DNA of 28,129 nucleotides. Origin: a virus. Its lineage: Duplodnaviria > Caudoviricetes. Of this stretch, positions 26,683 to 28,129 are shown piece by piece. Below the pieces are notes generated by a model. That model searched no databases. It was not told the DNA's origin and saw only the letters and a list, made by a program, of their open reading frames with translations. The stretch spans positions 1 through 28,129 of the IMG/VR virus record IMGVR_UViG_3300018035_000041; one strand, given 5' to 3'. The number at the start of each line of letters is the position of its first letter. Within the stretch, counting starts at the first letter, position 1. The translations under genes and the position numbers were made by a program.

Positions 26683-28129
26683 TCAATCGTCCCAATACTG
26701 CCGTGGCGCGCGCTCCGCTTTCCGCCGTTCCGTCTCCCTCAGTTTAGCGAAGTGCAGCTCCATCGGGTCTATGATCTGGGCCTGTTCGCGCCGCGTCTTT
26801 TCCTCCCGCGTCTCAGCCATCGGGTTAGCCGCGAAAGTCATGGCCAGCATATCACCGCAATCAGGTGAGTCCACGCCCCGATCCCGCATATCCTCTTTGC
26901 GCTCTAACTGAATCACGCTCTTGGGGTTATCGGTGTCGAAGCGCGGCCCGGTCAGATCACGCTCCAGTTCTGGGTCATCGTCAATCGAGCCGGTCTCCAG
27001 CCACTTCTTGACTTTGCCCCAGACCTCCGCTCGCTTGTTGAAATACATGAACTTGTCGCCCGGTGGCTGACCGCCGTGGAACTCCTGCACTGTAAACCAC
27101 GGATGCGATGCGAACCAGCGCGACAGAGCGTTATCCGGCCACTCTCGACGCGGCTGGTTGATCTTGGGGAGCATCATGCGCAAGTGATCCGCTACCGCCC
27201 CGCCGATCCCATCCCCGTCGATGATGATGCAGCGCGGCTCCTCCTCCATGATCCGCAGCGCGATTTTGCCGGATTGATCCGGTATAGGCAGCCCGCGCCA
27301 CTTGTCCGTGATCCGCGCAACCGGACCCTGACGCCAGCCGACAACCGTCTGATTGAATCCGGACCGCGCCACATCGACGCTCATGATCTTGTAGCCCGAC
27401 GGCTCGCATTGCCGCTTACGGGCAGCCGCAATCAAGTCTTGAGGGATGAACTGCAATCCTCCAGCGCGCGGGAACTCGCCGCGAACCCTGACACGTACAA
27501 AGTCTGAATCCTCGCCGAAGTCCATGATCCAGCGATCAATCTGCTCTTTGTTGGTGCCGGGAACAGTCCGCGAATCAATGTGCCTGGTCACCCATCGGTG
27601 CTTTTGCGCTCCGAAGCAGCCAGCGAACGGCGTATCGTTTTGCGTTGGATTGCCAAAGACGAGGAAGATAATCTCTGTGTCCTCGTCAGTCAATGCTCCC
27701 TCGGCCACATCCCAGACTGTCTTGGGGATAGCCGAACCCTCGTCGAAGATCAGCACAATCCGCTTGCGCCGGTTGTGGAGGCCCTGGAACGCCTCAGTAT
27801 TGTTCTCGCTCCACGTCTCCCGGTCTACCCGCCACGTACTCTCATGCCCCGGCTGCTTGGAGCTAATCCTGGTCGCCGAGATTTGCCACCAATTGCGGTT
27901 GATACTCAACCCAAACCACTTGATCATCTCAGGCCAAGTCTTTGTTGCGAGCTGATCCTCCGTGTTGGCCGTCACGAGCACCCGGCAGTCATCACACGTG
28001 CTCATCGCCCAGTCTGAGATCATGGCGATTGCAGCAGTCTTGCCGATGCCGTGACCGGACGCTACTGCGATTTTGAGCGGTTGAAAGCAAAACGGTGAGC
28101 GCAGATGCTTGCCGATGGTGATGAATATG
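26683..28129 (-). CDS. terL: Terminase large subunit, 5'-truncated by the window edge
   Basis: Frame is open to the edge and contains Walker A ASGHGIGKT upstream of the track start. Also Walker B LIFDEGS, FGNPT coupling motif, and nuclease motifs MSVDVARSG, IIIDGDGIGG, SPDCGDMLAMTF. Confidence 0.95.
   Translation of the reverse strand, partial: IFITIGKHLRSPFCFQPLKIAVASGHGIGKTAAIAMISDWAMSTCDDCRVLVTANTEDQLATKTWPEMIKWFGLSINRNWWQISATRISSKQPGHESTWRVDRETWSENNTEAFQGLHNRRKRIVLIFDEGSAIPKTVWDVAEGALTDEDTEIIFLVFGNPTQNDTPFAGCFGAQKHRWVTRHIDSRTVPGTNKEQIDRWIMDFGEDSDFVRVRVRGEFPRAGGLQFIPQDLIAAARKRQCEPSGYKIMSVDVARSGFNQTVVGWRQGPVARITDKWRGLPIPDQSGKIALRIMEEEPRCIIIDGDGIGGAVADHLRMMLPKINQPRREWPDNALSRWFASHPWFTVQEFHGGQPPGDKFMYFNKRAEVWGKVKKWLETGSIDDDPELERDLTGPRFDTDNPKSVIQLERKEDMRDRGVDSPDCGDMLAMTFAANPMAETREEKTRREQAQIIDPMELHFAKLRETERRKAERAPRQYWDD

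Overview
The window holds one continuous minus-strand late (virion morphogenesis) operon of a podovirus-like tailed phage or prophage. It runs right to left: terminase large subunit (5'-truncated), a cluster of small ORFs, portal, scaffold, major capsid protein, a free-standing EndoVII-type nuclease, a GroES-like co-chaperonin, adaptor/nozzle/FN3-like tail proteins, three probable ejection proteins, several fibre/spike proteins and two membrane proteins. A terminator follows, then two small genes with their own sigma70-like promoters. No tape measure, sheath, integrase, recognisable endolysin, tRNA or CRISPR array was seen. The main oddity is that two receptor-binding-like tail proteins (705 aa tailspike, 377 aa fibre) carry Sec-type signal peptides and paired cysteines. 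They flank a signal-less virion-anchor protein and lie upstream of a holin-like/outer-membrane beta-barrel fusion, which suggests export of virion appendages and a non-canonical exit module. Several intergenic RNA structures also cover or complement ribosome-binding sites. All family calls come from motif recognition and gene order by eye; no searches were run. An Acidobacteriota-like Gram-negative host is only a guess.
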